64,000 bases of DNA from a virus: IMG/VR virus record IMGVR_UViG_3300025543_000013, positions 1 through 64,000 of that record; one strand, given 5' to 3'. The stretch's first letter is position 1; each line of letters opens with the position of its first letter. This document shows positions 39,757-49,028 of this stretch, piece by piece. The translations under genes were made by a program, and so were the position numbers. The notes under the pieces were generated by a model, which was not told where the DNA came from, did no database searches, and saw only the letters and a list, made by a program, of their open reading frames with translations.

Positions 39757-40245
39757 GTGATTAAATTACACGACATACTTAATGAAGCAGAAAAAAAAGG
39801 TTGTCCTTTACCAACACAAGATATTGATTTAAATTTAAAAAATCGTAATAAAGCATTTAAAAAATATAACTATGGGCCAGCAGACCCAAGACACGATTTA
39901 AATACAGATGTGGATAAATTAGATTATGCTAATTTAAAAGAAAGTGATTTTAAATCAAAAGAAGAATTACAAAACTCACCAAACATTGAGTATTGGAAAA
40001 AATTACAGGATATCTACAATACAGAAGATATATTCGCAATCTTAAAACAAAGATGTGGTAATTGTGCAGCATTTAACATTACGGACAAAATGAGAGATTG
40101 TATTAAAAAAGGTATCGGAGATGAAGCACCAGCAGAACCAATTATTAAAGTTGGTGAAATTGGATATTGTAGATTTTTAAAATTTAAATGTGCGGCAGCC
40201 AGAACTTGTCAAGCTTGGGTAAGCGGTGGGCCGATTAAAGACTAA
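39757..40245 (+). CDS. Cys-rich metal-binding protein with MIKLHDILNE leader
   Basis: CPLPT...RCGNCAAF...GYC...FKC...TCQAW. Confidence 0.65.
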   Translation: MIKLHDILNEAEKKGCPLPTQDIDLNLKNRNKAFKKYNYGPADPRHDLNTDVDKLDYANLKESDFKSKEELQNSPNIEYWKKLQDIYNTEDIFAILKQRCGNCAAFNITDKMRDCIKKGIGDEAPAEPIIKVGEIGYCRFLKFKCAAARTCQAWVSGGPIKD

Positions 40246-40562
40246 TGGCAGGAGATTGTTATCAAGCAAATGGTAATTTTATCATTACCAAAATGGGAGA
40301 CAATGATTTCAAATTGTGTCACGGAGTTGCTTTATTAGCAAGTGATAAAAAACCTTTTGGTCATTGTTGGATAGAAAAGGGTGGTGCAATATTAGATTTT
40401 TCTAATGGTAAAAAAATTGCAACCACTAAAAAGAAATATTATGAATTGGGTGGAATACCAGTTTCAGGATATAAGAATTATTTTTACACACCTGCGGAAG
40501 CAGCAAAGAAAATGGTTGAAACAGGACATTGGGGGCCTTGGGATTCCAAACCACCGAGATAA
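40245..40562 (+). CDS. Small papain/transglutaminase-like fold protein
   Basis: GDCY...GHCWIE...ILD ordering of a Cys-His-acid triad. Confidence 0.5.
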   Translation: MAGDCYQANGNFIITKMGDNDFKLCHGVALLASDKKPFGHCWIEKGGAILDFSNGKKIATTKKKYYELGGIPVSGYKNYFYTPAEAAKKMVETGHWGPWDSKPPR

Positions 40563-40565
40563 ATT

Positions 40566-42224
40566 ATGGCAGAATTTTTTATAGATGAACCAAGAGAAAT
40601 TGGAAAAAAAAGAGATAGATTATCTTCTCGTGAATTGAGTATGATAAAAGATAAGGCGTTTGAATCTTATAATGAGATGTTAAACTTGCCTAAATATAAC
40701 AACCCGAAGGTAAATGAAATGATAGATATTACACCATCACATATTGAATTATTGAGAACTACTTTTGATACCGTCAAAGGTATCAATCCAAGTGGTGGTG
40801 CATACAAGAACTTAGTTGCATTTTTAGACAATCTAAGTCAAAGTTCATTAAAAAAATTATCCAATGCAAGAATTAAATTTGTTTCACCATTGGCAAAAAA
40901 CAGATTAAATAAAAATGAAATGTTAAACAAACCTAATTATATTAGAAATGTAGCACCAATTCCGGCAAACCAAAAAGACGGAGAACATCAATATTATAAT
41001 CCAGAAGTGGAAGAAGACAAAATTCCAGGTGGATTAGCCAAAGGAATGAGTTTAAATGATATTGCTAAAAAACACAATGTAGATATTGAAGTGTTGAAAA
41101 AAGAATTCGTCAAAGGTGTGAAAACCGAAATGGAACACACCACAGATAAAGAAGTGGCAAAAGAAATTGCACTTGACCATATTTTTGAAGACCCAAAGTA
41201 TTATACAAAGTTGGCAACAATAGAAGAAGATTGGTCAGACAAATACAAAAGAAGTATTGATTGCAACAACCCAAAAGGATTTAGTCAAAAGGCACATTGT
41301 CAAGGACGAGAAAAAAGAGAAGGAATTAATGAACGAGCACAACAAGCAGTATCGGGTGGAAAAGTTCATAAAAATATTACAGGATTTAATTTACCATACA
41401 AAGGTAGAAAATACAAAGAAATAGATATGGAAGTTAAAAAAATTGACAACAAAACAGAAAAAGTTTTATTAAGAATTTTAAATCCAAAAAATTTATTCGG
41501 ACAACAAGTCGAAGTAACATTTAAAGAACTTCGTAGAGGCCCGTTTATGAAAACCGACACCAGTAAAGATGTTAAGGAGAATACTATGAAATCATTAAGT
41601 GAAATGATAAAAGAAATCACAATAGAAGAAAAGTTAAATTTATTTACGGAAAAGAATGTTCCGACAGACCCAGGTAAATGGGCATACTACAAAGCACAAG
41701 CTAAGAAAAAGTTTGATGTATATCCAAGTGCATATGCAAATGGATGGGCAGCAAAACAATATAAAGCAGCTGGTGGTGGTTGGAGAAAATCAAAAAGTGA
41801 ATCCTTAGAAGAAGCTTGTTGGGTAGGATATAAACAAGTCGGTATGAAAGACAAAGGTGGAAAGAAAGTTCCTAATTGTGTAAAAGAAATCACAGAAATA
41901 TTTTACGAAGAAAATGGAAAAGGACACGGATACACTTTTGAATACATTAGAGAAAACGATTTAAACGAAGCAGAATACCAAGGTCGTAAAGTTAAACTTG
42001 GTAAACCAATGCAAGGTGATGTCAAAAAATTTAAAGTATATGTTAAGAATCCAGAAGGAAATGTCGTCAAAGTAAACTTTGGACACAAAGGTAAAGACGG
42101 TGAAAAAACAATGAGAATTAGAAAATCTAATCCAGAGGCAAGAAAGAATTTTAGAGCAAGACATAATTGTGATAATCCAGGCCCACGCCACAAAGCGAGA
42201 TACTGGTCTTGTCGCAAATGGTAG
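40566..42224 (+). CDS. Multi-module putative internal head polyprotein
   Basis: At least six short unrelated modules, each starting after x-x-E; includes EMEHTTD..IALDH..EDPKYY and VNFG..FRARHNC..YWSCRKW. Confidence 0.7.
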   Translation: MAEFFIDEPREIGKKRDRLSSRELSMIKDKAFESYNEMLNLPKYNNPKVNEMIDITPSHIELLRTTFDTVKGINPSGGAYKNLVAFLDNLSQSSLKKLSNARIKFVSPLAKNRLNKNEMLNKPNYIRNVAPIPANQKDGEHQYYNPEVEEDKIPGGLAKGMSLNDIAKKHNVDIEVLKKEFVKGVKTEMEHTTDKEVAKEIALDHIFEDPKYYTKLATIEEDWSDKYKRSIDCNNPKGFSQKAHCQGREKREGINERAQQAVSGGKVHKNITGFNLPYKGRKYKEIDMEVKKIDNKTEKVLLRILNPKNLFGQQVEVTFKELRRGPFMKTDTSKDVKENTMKSLSEMIKEITIEEKLNLFTEKNVPTDPGKWAYYKAQAKKKFDVYPSAYANGWAAKQYKAAGGGWRKSKSESLEEACWVGYKQVGMKDKGGKKVPNCVKEITEIFYEENGKGHGYTFEYIRENDLNEAEYQGRKVKLGKPMQGDVKKFKVYVKNPEGNVVKVNFGHKGKDGEKTMRIRKSNPEARKNFRARHNCDNPGPRHKARYWSCRKW

Positions 42225-42231
42225 GAGAGTT

Positions 42232-45200
42232 ATGAAATCAAAACTAACAGAATGGTTAGTTAAACCTTATATCAATGAAGGCGTTGAACTCGACATTGAA
42301 GTCGGTGATGACGTCTTGATGGGTAGGTTTAAAAACAAACGAGTCAAAGTCAAATCTATTGATTGGAATGACAAAGGTGATTTATTAATCAACGGAAGAC
42401 CCGCATTAAAATTTAGAAAAGTAGACAATGATAGAAAATTACTACCGACTAAAAAGTCAGGTGAGGATTCCATAGAACCAGATTCCGATAGAAAAGGTAT
42501 TGATGACGAATTCCCATATTACAAAACAGAAAACACAATGCACGAGTGTATTGCATTTTCTAAAAAGTTTGGAGACGATATTGTATTGGGAAAAAATCGT
42601 GATAGAAATTACACACCAGAATTAAAAATCGTAAGAGAAATAAGTGGAAACGGAATAGAAGTTTGTTATGTTCAAGACCAAGATACAGATTGGTCAGAAG
42701 GTATGAACTCAAATGGTATTGGATTGGTTAATTCAGCATTATTTGTTAAACGAGATGAAAAAGATTATGATAAATCTAAAAAGAAAAAGGCTCCTTCCAA
42801 AGACGGAATTCGTATAAGACACGCATTATCAAAAGATACACTACGAGATGTTGTGGAATCATTGGTTAAATTCGACACAGGAGTTAAAGGACACACAATC
42901 GTAAGTGATGGTAAAAAAGTAGTGGTGATTGAAAACACCAGTAGAACAAAAGCATCAGTCAAAATACACGACATATCTAATTCAGTCGTTAGAACAAATC
43001 ACGGACTTGAACATCCAGAACAAGGATATACAAGAGGGCCAGATAGAATTTCATCTCAATTGAGATTAAAAAATGCACAAAACATTATTGATAATGAAAG
43101 TGATTACAAAAAATTATTTCCTAAATTTTATAACCATACACAAAATAAAGGCCCAAAATATGATGTCGTAAGAGCACAAAATAAATTATGGACATCAAGT
43201 CAAATTTTAATGAATTTAAATAAACGAGAAATGATGTTGTATTTAATTCCAGGAGCAGTCAAGTTTATTGGTGTGGAAAACAAATTACCAAAAGGATATG
43301 ATAAAAAAATTAATTTAGTGGTTCGTGAATACGAACATAGTCCAAGTGATAAATACGGAACTTATGTTAAAACAACTGAAAAACCAAAACCAAGTGCCAT
43401 TAAAGATAAAGACATCAAAGTAGAAAGTTTCTTTGGATTAGAAGCAAAAAGAATTCCAAGAAAAAAAGGACAACATCAAGGTTCATCAAGTCATTCAGAT
43501 TTATACACAGATGAAAATCCAAAAGGAACAATACACGGATTAAAGTTTGCAACCGTAGATGACGCAAAAAAATCCGTTAGTAAAATAAAAGGTAGTGGTA
43601 AATCTCACGCTCACAAAATACAAGCGGCAGTTGCTATGGAACAACGAGCAAGAGAAATGGGTAAAACTGCACAAGCAGCAGTTTATCGTAGTTATATCAA
43701 CCAGATGAAAAAGAAGACCAAAGAAAAGAATGAGGGATTTTTTGGATTAGGAGCAGGAGACATTCCTTCACCAAGTCGTAAAATGGTAAAGAAAATGAAA
43801 AAGAAAGGAAATACATCAGTTCCTTATGGTAGTGGATATAAAAAAGTAAACGAACAAAAATCAAAAATTAAAAAAGTAATCGCAATATATCCAGGTCGTT
43901 TTCAACCATTCGGCCCACATCATAAAAAAGTATTTGACGCATTATCAAGTAAATTTGATGACGCTTACATCACAACATCAAACATCAAACAACCACCAAG
44001 ACACCCAATGAACTTTAATGAAAAAGTTCGTCATATGGTAAAAATGGGTGTTCCAAAAAATAAAATCGTTCAAGAAAAAAGTCCTTATGTGGCAAATAAT
44101 TTATTGAGAAAGTTTGATAAAGATACCACCGCAGTTGTTTATGTGTTTGGTGCAAAAGACGCCGGTAGATTAGCAGGTGGAACCAAGAAATCAGGTGGTA
44201 AAACTTATTATCAAGATTTAAAATCAAATATCAATGATTTAAAAGGATATGAAGAACACGGATACATTTATACCGCACCGCATGTAAATGTTAGTGGTAT
44301 ATCAAGTGGAACAGAAATCCGTAATTTATTAGGTAGTCCAAAGTTTGATGAAAAGAAAAGACAACAAATCTTTAAAAAAACATTTGGTTATTTTGACCAA
44401 GGTTTGTATAATATGTTGACCAATAAATTTAAAAAATTATTTGAATTTTATCAACAACCACAAGTAAAAAAATTATTGAAAGAAGTCAGTGCATTAGGAA
44501 CTCATTTTAACGGAAGTGATTTAGATGATGAGGGTATGTATGATTTTTTTGGGTCTATTGATGATTATGTTAGAGTATCACCAATGCATGCAGAAATTTT
44601 AGGTTGGGAGTTAATTGGATTTCCAATTCGTGACACAGAAGATATGATGTTTACTATTATGTCAGATGATTATGAAAAAGATAGAGTTGATACTACGACT
44701 TTTGGTAGAACGATTAATCAAAACACAAGAAATACTAAATCAGTAGATAATCCATTTCCAAAATATAAAGAACATATGAGAAATGTTGTGGGTAATTTAG
44801 GTTGGGAAATAATTAAATTTTACGGAGAAGAATCATTTACCAAGATGAAAGATTCACCAACACTAAATAAAAAAGATGTATATAAAGGTGTTGACCATAT
44901 TAAAGATAAATTAGCAGAAGAATTTGTTGAAGATGTAAAAAAAGTCTTTTTAATTGAAGGTGGAGCATACGGACATATGAATCACCCGTTTGACGATAAT
45001 AATTTGACGTTTTCAGATTTGAAGAATATAATTATATATGGGTTAGAAGGAACTTTAAATCGTGAAGATAATGTTTCTGAAAAACTTGACGGACAAAACC
45101 TAATGGTAAGTTGGGTTGACGGAAATTTAAGAGCAGCCCGAAACAAAGGACACCTAAAAAATGGTGGTAAAACAGCACCAACAACCGCAGGTATCGCAAG

Positions 45201-46182
45201 TATGTTTGCCGGTAGAGGAAACATCAAAACTGCATTTGTTGGAGCAATGAAAGATTTAGAAAATGCGATTGGTAAATTATCCAATCCACAAAAAGAAAAA
45301 ATATTTGGTAATGGAACCAAATGGATGAACTTGGAGGTTATATATCCACAAACAGCAAATGTAATCGATTATGATGTCGCAGAAATTATATTTCACGGAA
45401 CAATCGAATATGATAAAACCGGTAGACAAATAGGATATTCAAAAGAAGCAGCTCGTATGTTACAAGGTATGATACAACAAATAAACCAAAACATTCAAAA
45501 AAGATTTAAAATCGGTAAACCAAACTTTTTACAATTGAATAAAGTTCAAGATTTTAGTAAAAAGAAATCTACATTTTTAGGTAAATTAAATAAATTACAA
45601 GCACAATACGGATTAAAAGATAATGATAGATTAGGTCAGTATCACGAATCATTTTGGAGAGAATATATTTTTAATGCAGCAAAACAATTTAAAGTTTCGT
45701 TGAAACAAAATGAATTAGTAAATTTAACGAATCGTTGGGCATACTTTGATAAATCATATAAAGTTCCAGAAATCAAAGAAGACTTTAAAGACAGACCAGA
45801 ATTTATGAAATGGATATTAGATACAGATAAACTTGACCACAATAAAATGTGGAAAGAAAATATCAAACCATTTGAAATATTATTTTTTCAAGTAGGAGCA
45901 GAAATTCTAAAAAATATGTCAGGATTTTTAGCAGTATCACCGGATAAAGCAGTTCAAAAAATTAAACAAGATGTAACAAATGCATTAAAAGATTTACAAA
46001 AACCAGATAATGTAGAAAAGTTATCTAAATTAAAAACACAAATAGAAAAATTAGAAGCTATCGGGGGTTCAAGTGCAATCGTTCCAAGTGAAGGATTGGT
46101 ATTTAAATACAATGGTAGTCTTTACAAGTTTACCGGAGCATTTGCACCGATTAATCAAATACTCGGTAGTTTAAGATTTTAA
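42232..46182 (+). CDS. Multi-domain polyprotein: Ntn hydrolase, HIGH-type nucleotidyltransferase, KxDG ligase-like domain
   Basis: CIAF...GKNRDR...EGMNSNGI...RTNH; IYPGRFQPFGPHH...SSGTEIR; GHMNHP...EKLDGQN; ATG at 42232 after AGGAG. Confidence 0.7.
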   Translation: MKSKLTEWLVKPYINEGVELDIEVGDDVLMGRFKNKRVKVKSIDWNDKGDLLINGRPALKFRKVDNDRKLLPTKKSGEDSIEPDSDRKGIDDEFPYYKTENTMHECIAFSKKFGDDIVLGKNRDRNYTPELKIVREISGNGIEVCYVQDQDTDWSEGMNSNGIGLVNSALFVKRDEKDYDKSKKKKAPSKDGIRIRHALSKDTLRDVVESLVKFDTGVKGHTIVSDGKKVVVIENTSRTKASVKIHDISNSVVRTNHGLEHPEQGYTRGPDRISSQLRLKNAQNIIDNESDYKKLFPKFYNHTQNKGPKYDVVRAQNKLWTSSQILMNLNKREMMLYLIPGAVKFIGVENKLPKGYDKKINLVVREYEHSPSDKYGTYVKTTEKPKPSAIKDKDIKVESFFGLEAKRIPRKKGQHQGSSSHSDLYTDENPKGTIHGLKFATVDDAKKSVSKIKGSGKSHAHKIQAAVAMEQRAREMGKTAQAAVYRSYINQMKKKTKEKNEGFFGLGAGDIPSPSRKMVKKMKKKGNTSVPYGSGYKKVNEQKSKIKKVIAIYPGRFQPFGPHHKKVFDALSSKFDDAYITTSNIKQPPRHPMNFNEKVRHMVKMGVPKNKIVQEKSPYVANNLLRKFDKDTTAVVYVFGAKDAGRLAGGTKKSGGKTYYQDLKSNINDLKGYEEHGYIYTAPHVNVSGISSGTEIRNLLGSPKFDEKKRQQIFKKTFGYFDQGLYNMLTNKFKKLFEFYQQPQVKKLLKEVSALGTHFNGSDLDDEGMYDFFGSIDDYVRVSPMHAEILGWELIGFPIRDTEDMMFTIMSDDYEKDRVDTTTFGRTINQNTRNTKSVDNPFPKYKEHMRNVVGNLGWEIIKFYGEESFTKMKDSPTLNKKDVYKGVDHIKDKLAEEFVEDVKKVFLIEGGAYGHMNHPFDDNNLTFSDLKNIIIYGLEGTLNREDNVSEKLDGQNLMVSWVDGNLRAARNKGHLKNGGKTAPTTAGIASMFAGRGNIKTAFVGAMKDLENAIGKLSNPQKEKIFGNGTKWMNLEVIYPQTANVIDYDVAEIIFHGTIEYDKTGRQIGYSKEAARMLQGMIQQINQNIQKRFKIGKPNFLQLNKVQDFSKKKSTFLGKLNKLQAQYGLKDNDRLGQYHESFWREYIFNAAKQFKVSLKQNELVNLTNRWAYFDKSYKVPEIKEDFKDRPEFMKWILDTDKLDHNKMWKENIKPFEILFFQVGAEILKNMSGFLAVSPDKAVQKIKQDVTNALKDLQKPDNVEKLSKLKTQIEKLEAIGGSSAIVPSEGLVFKYNGSLYKFTGAFAPINQILGSLRF

Positions 46183-46194
46183 GGAGAATAGGTT

Positions 46195-46767
46195 ATGGCA
46201 AATTATAGTAAAGATTCAGAAAGACAAAATAAAGCACTCAAAGATTTAATGGGTGGTAAACAATATGAAAAAAATTATACACAAGTCGGATATCAACCTA
46301 AGGTAGAAAATCGTGGTGGAGAAACCAGAAAATCAGAATTAACAGATGTTATGGCATCAGTAAGAATGCCTTGGTTTTGTCCTAAGTGTCAGAAGGCAAT
46401 GAAGAAAAGACTTGATGACAAATTTTGGAGAATTGCAGGACATTGTTTTGATTGTCAAATAGAAATGGAAAACAAAATGAGAATTAAAGATTATTCTGAA
46501 TATGAAAAATATGCACAGAAAAAAGTATTGGAAAATCAAAAAGCATATTTAAAAGATTTAGAACAAAGTATTGATGAATTTGAAAAAACAGGTGGTAAAC
46601 AAGAATGGTTTAATCAAGTTGGTGTCAACACACCAGAACTTCAAAAAGAAAAATGGGAAATGGGTAAAGAAAATTTTGAATCAATGGTTAAAGAAGCAAA
46701 AGATTTTATACGAGAAAAGAAACAACTCGTTGAAGACGCAGAAAAACAACTAACAGGAGTTAAATAA
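46195..46767 (+). CDS. Hypothetical zinc-ribbon protein
   Basis: CPKC...CFDC; AAGGAG RBS. Confidence 0.65.
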   Translation: MANYSKDSERQNKALKDLMGGKQYEKNYTQVGYQPKVENRGGETRKSELTDVMASVRMPWFCPKCQKAMKKRLDDKFWRIAGHCFDCQIEMENKMRIKDYSEYEKYAQKKVLENQKAYLKDLEQSIDEFEKTGGKQEWFNQVGVNTPELQKEKWEMGKENFESMVKEAKDFIREKKQLVEDAEKQLTGVK

Positions 46768-47048
46768 TGAATATCATTCAAATGATACTAAACCTATTCT
46801 TTGGTGGAAATAAGAAAAAAGAAGTCAAAGAATTAGACAAAGCAATCAAAGCAAAAGACCAAGAAGTTAAAGAACTTGAAAAAGAAGTAGAAGTTCTTGA
46901 GTCAAAGAAAAAAGTTAACAAAAAAGAAGTAGCTAAATTAAAAAGAAAAGTCACTACTACTAAAAAAGAAATTGAAAAAGCATCAGAAGCAGTCAAAGAA
47001 GATAATGCTGATGACGCAGTAAAATTTTTGAAGAAATTCAGTAAGTAG
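46767..47048 (+). CDS. Small coiled-coil protein with hydrophobic N-terminus
   Basis: MNIIQMILNLFFGG then K/E-rich heptads. Confidence 0.6.
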   Translation: MNIIQMILNLFFGGNKKKEVKELDKAIKAKDQEVKELEKEVEVLESKKKVNKKEVAKLKRKVTTTKKEIEKASEAVKEDNADDAVKFLKKFSK

Positions 47049-47050
47049 TA

Positions 47051-47060
47051 TATATTTATA
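47051..47060 (+). promoter_or_regulatory. Candidate late promoter TATATTTATA
   Basis: Recurring motif in a 15-nt gap, 3 nt before an ATG. Confidence 0.5.
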
Positions 47061-47063
47061 TAT

Positions 47064-47444
47064 ATGAGATATTTAATTTACATATTATTTTTTGGATTAG
47101 TTTTTTCACAAGACGCAACCAAAACCTACACTTTTACCGAAGATGAAGTTTTGGGATTCACTAATCGTATCAAAGAATTAGAACTAAAAGATAGTTTGAA
47201 TGTTTCTTTGGTAATGGATTTAGAATCACAAATCAAATTATATGAGGAAAACTCAGTAATTGATTCAATGTTGATTGAGAATAAAACTAATCAAATTAAT
47301 CTACTGAAAGACACCACCAAACTTCTTGAACAAAAAGTAAAACTCGTTCAACCTAAATGGTATGAAAACAAATGGTTATACTTTACATATGGAGTTTTGA
47401 TGACTGCTACATCAGTTAAGTTAGCAGGTCAAATAGTAGATTAA
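47064..47444 (+). CDS. Exported coiled-coil protein with C-terminal membrane anchor (spanin candidate)
   Basis: Signal peptide MRYLIYILFFGLVFS|QD; C-terminal WYENKWLYFTYGVLMTATSV. Confidence 0.55.
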   Translation: MRYLIYILFFGLVFSQDATKTYTFTEDEVLGFTNRIKELELKDSLNVSLVMDLESQIKLYEENSVIDSMLIENKTNQINLLKDTTKLLEQKVKLVQPKWYENKWLYFTYGVLMTATSVKLAGQIVD

Positions 47445-49015
47445 TGGCAGAACAAATAAAAGAAGTAATCAAAGCCGAATATATAAAGTGTGCACAAGAC
47501 CCAGCATACTTTATGAAAAAGTTTTGTATGATACAACACCCGATACGAGGAAAAATACCTTTTGAGTTGTATGATTTCCAAGAGAAAACGGTTCGTGAAT
47601 TTAAAGACAATCGTTTTAACATTATTTTGAAATCAAGACAATTGGGTATTTCTACTTTATCCGCCGGTTATTCTTTGTGGTTGATGACATTTTTCCAAGA
47701 TAAAAACATCTTGGTAATTGCAACCAAACAAGAAGTAGCCAAAAACTTGGTAACGAAAGTTCGTGTTATGCACGCAAATTTACCGAGTTGGTTGAAACAA
47801 AGATGTGTTGAGGACAATAAATTAAATCTTCGTTATATGAATGGTAGTCAAATCAAGGCAGTATCATCAGGACCAGAGGCCGCTCGTTCGGAAGCTCTAT
47901 CTTTGTTGATATTAGATGAGGCAGCATTCATTGACAAGATTGACGAAATATGGACTGCGTCACAACAAACCTTGACAACCGGTGGTAGTTGTATCGCTTT
48001 ATCAACACCGAATGGTGTGGGTAATTGGTTTCACAAAACTTGGATAGATGCTGAAGAAGCAACCGGTATGTTTAATCCGATTAAACTACATTGGACGGTT
48101 CATCCAGATAGAACTCAAGAGTGGAGAGATGAACAAGATACTTTACTTGGGCCAAGTTCAGCAGCACAAGAATGTGATTGTGACTTCTTGACTTCTGGTA
48201 CTGGGGTAATTGACCCAATCATTTTGGAAAAAATGAGAAAAAGTTTATGTATTGACCCAATAGAAAAAAGAGGTATCGATAGTAATATGTGGGTTTGGGA
48301 ACCACCAAACTATTCAAAAGATTATTTGGTATGTGCTGATGTGGGTCGTGGAGATTCAGCAGACTATTCTGCATTTCACGTGATTGAGTTAGAAACTTTA
48401 ACACAAGTGGCAGAATATAAAGGTCGTATCAATACAAAAGATTTTGGTAATATGTTGGTTAGTGTGGCAACAGAATATAATGATGCTTTACTAATTATAG
48501 AAAACAACAATATTGGTTGGGCAACAATCCAACAGGTAATCGATAGAGATTATCCAAATTTATTTTATACAAGTAAAGACTTACAATATGTTGATGTTCA
48601 ACATCAAGTCACGAATAAACATTATCGTGAAGAAAAAAATATGGTGGCCGGTTTTTCAACGACTTCTAAGACCAGACCACTAATTATTAGTAAGTTAGAA
48701 GAATTTTTTAGAGAAGAAAGTGTAGTGATTCGTTCAAATCGTTTGATTGATGAATTATTGACTTTCGTCTATATAAATAACAGAGCACAAGCGATGAACG
48801 GATACAATGATGATTTAGTTATGTCGTTTGCAATTGGACTTTGGGTTCGTGATACGGCATTAAGACTACGAACACAAGGTGTGGAATTAACAAAGAAAAC
48901 TCTATCCAAAATGATGGATAATCAGGGTTTATACACTCAAGAAGACGCAAGAAAAAATGATTCTTGGGAGTGGGACACAGGAAAAAATAAAGAGTCATTA
49001 GATTGGCTTTTATAA
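47444..49015 (+). CDS. terL: Terminase large subunit (gp17-like)
   Basis: LYDFQ, KSRQLGIST Walker A, LILDEAAF Walker B, STPNG, ADVGRG, DDLVMS. Confidence 0.95.
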   Translation: MAEQIKEVIKAEYIKCAQDPAYFMKKFCMIQHPIRGKIPFELYDFQEKTVREFKDNRFNIILKSRQLGISTLSAGYSLWLMTFFQDKNILVIATKQEVAKNLVTKVRVMHANLPSWLKQRCVEDNKLNLRYMNGSQIKAVSSGPEAARSEALSLLILDEAAFIDKIDEIWTASQQTLTTGGSCIALSTPNGVGNWFHKTWIDAEEATGMFNPIKLHWTVHPDRTQEWRDEQDTLLGPSSAAQECDCDFLTSGTGVIDPIILEKMRKSLCIDPIEKRGIDSNMWVWEPPNYSKDYLVCADVGRGDSADYSAFHVIELETLTQVAEYKGRINTKDFGNMLVSVATEYNDALLIIENNNIGWATIQQVIDRDYPNLFYTSKDLQYVDVQHQVTNKHYREEKNMVAGFSTTSKTRPLIISKLEEFFREESVVIRSNRLIDELLTFVYINNRAQAMNGYNDDLVMSFAIGLWVRDTALRLRTQGVELTKKTLSKMMDNQGLYTQEDARKNDSWEWDTGKNKESLDWLL

Positions 49016-49028
49016 AGTGAGGTAAAAA

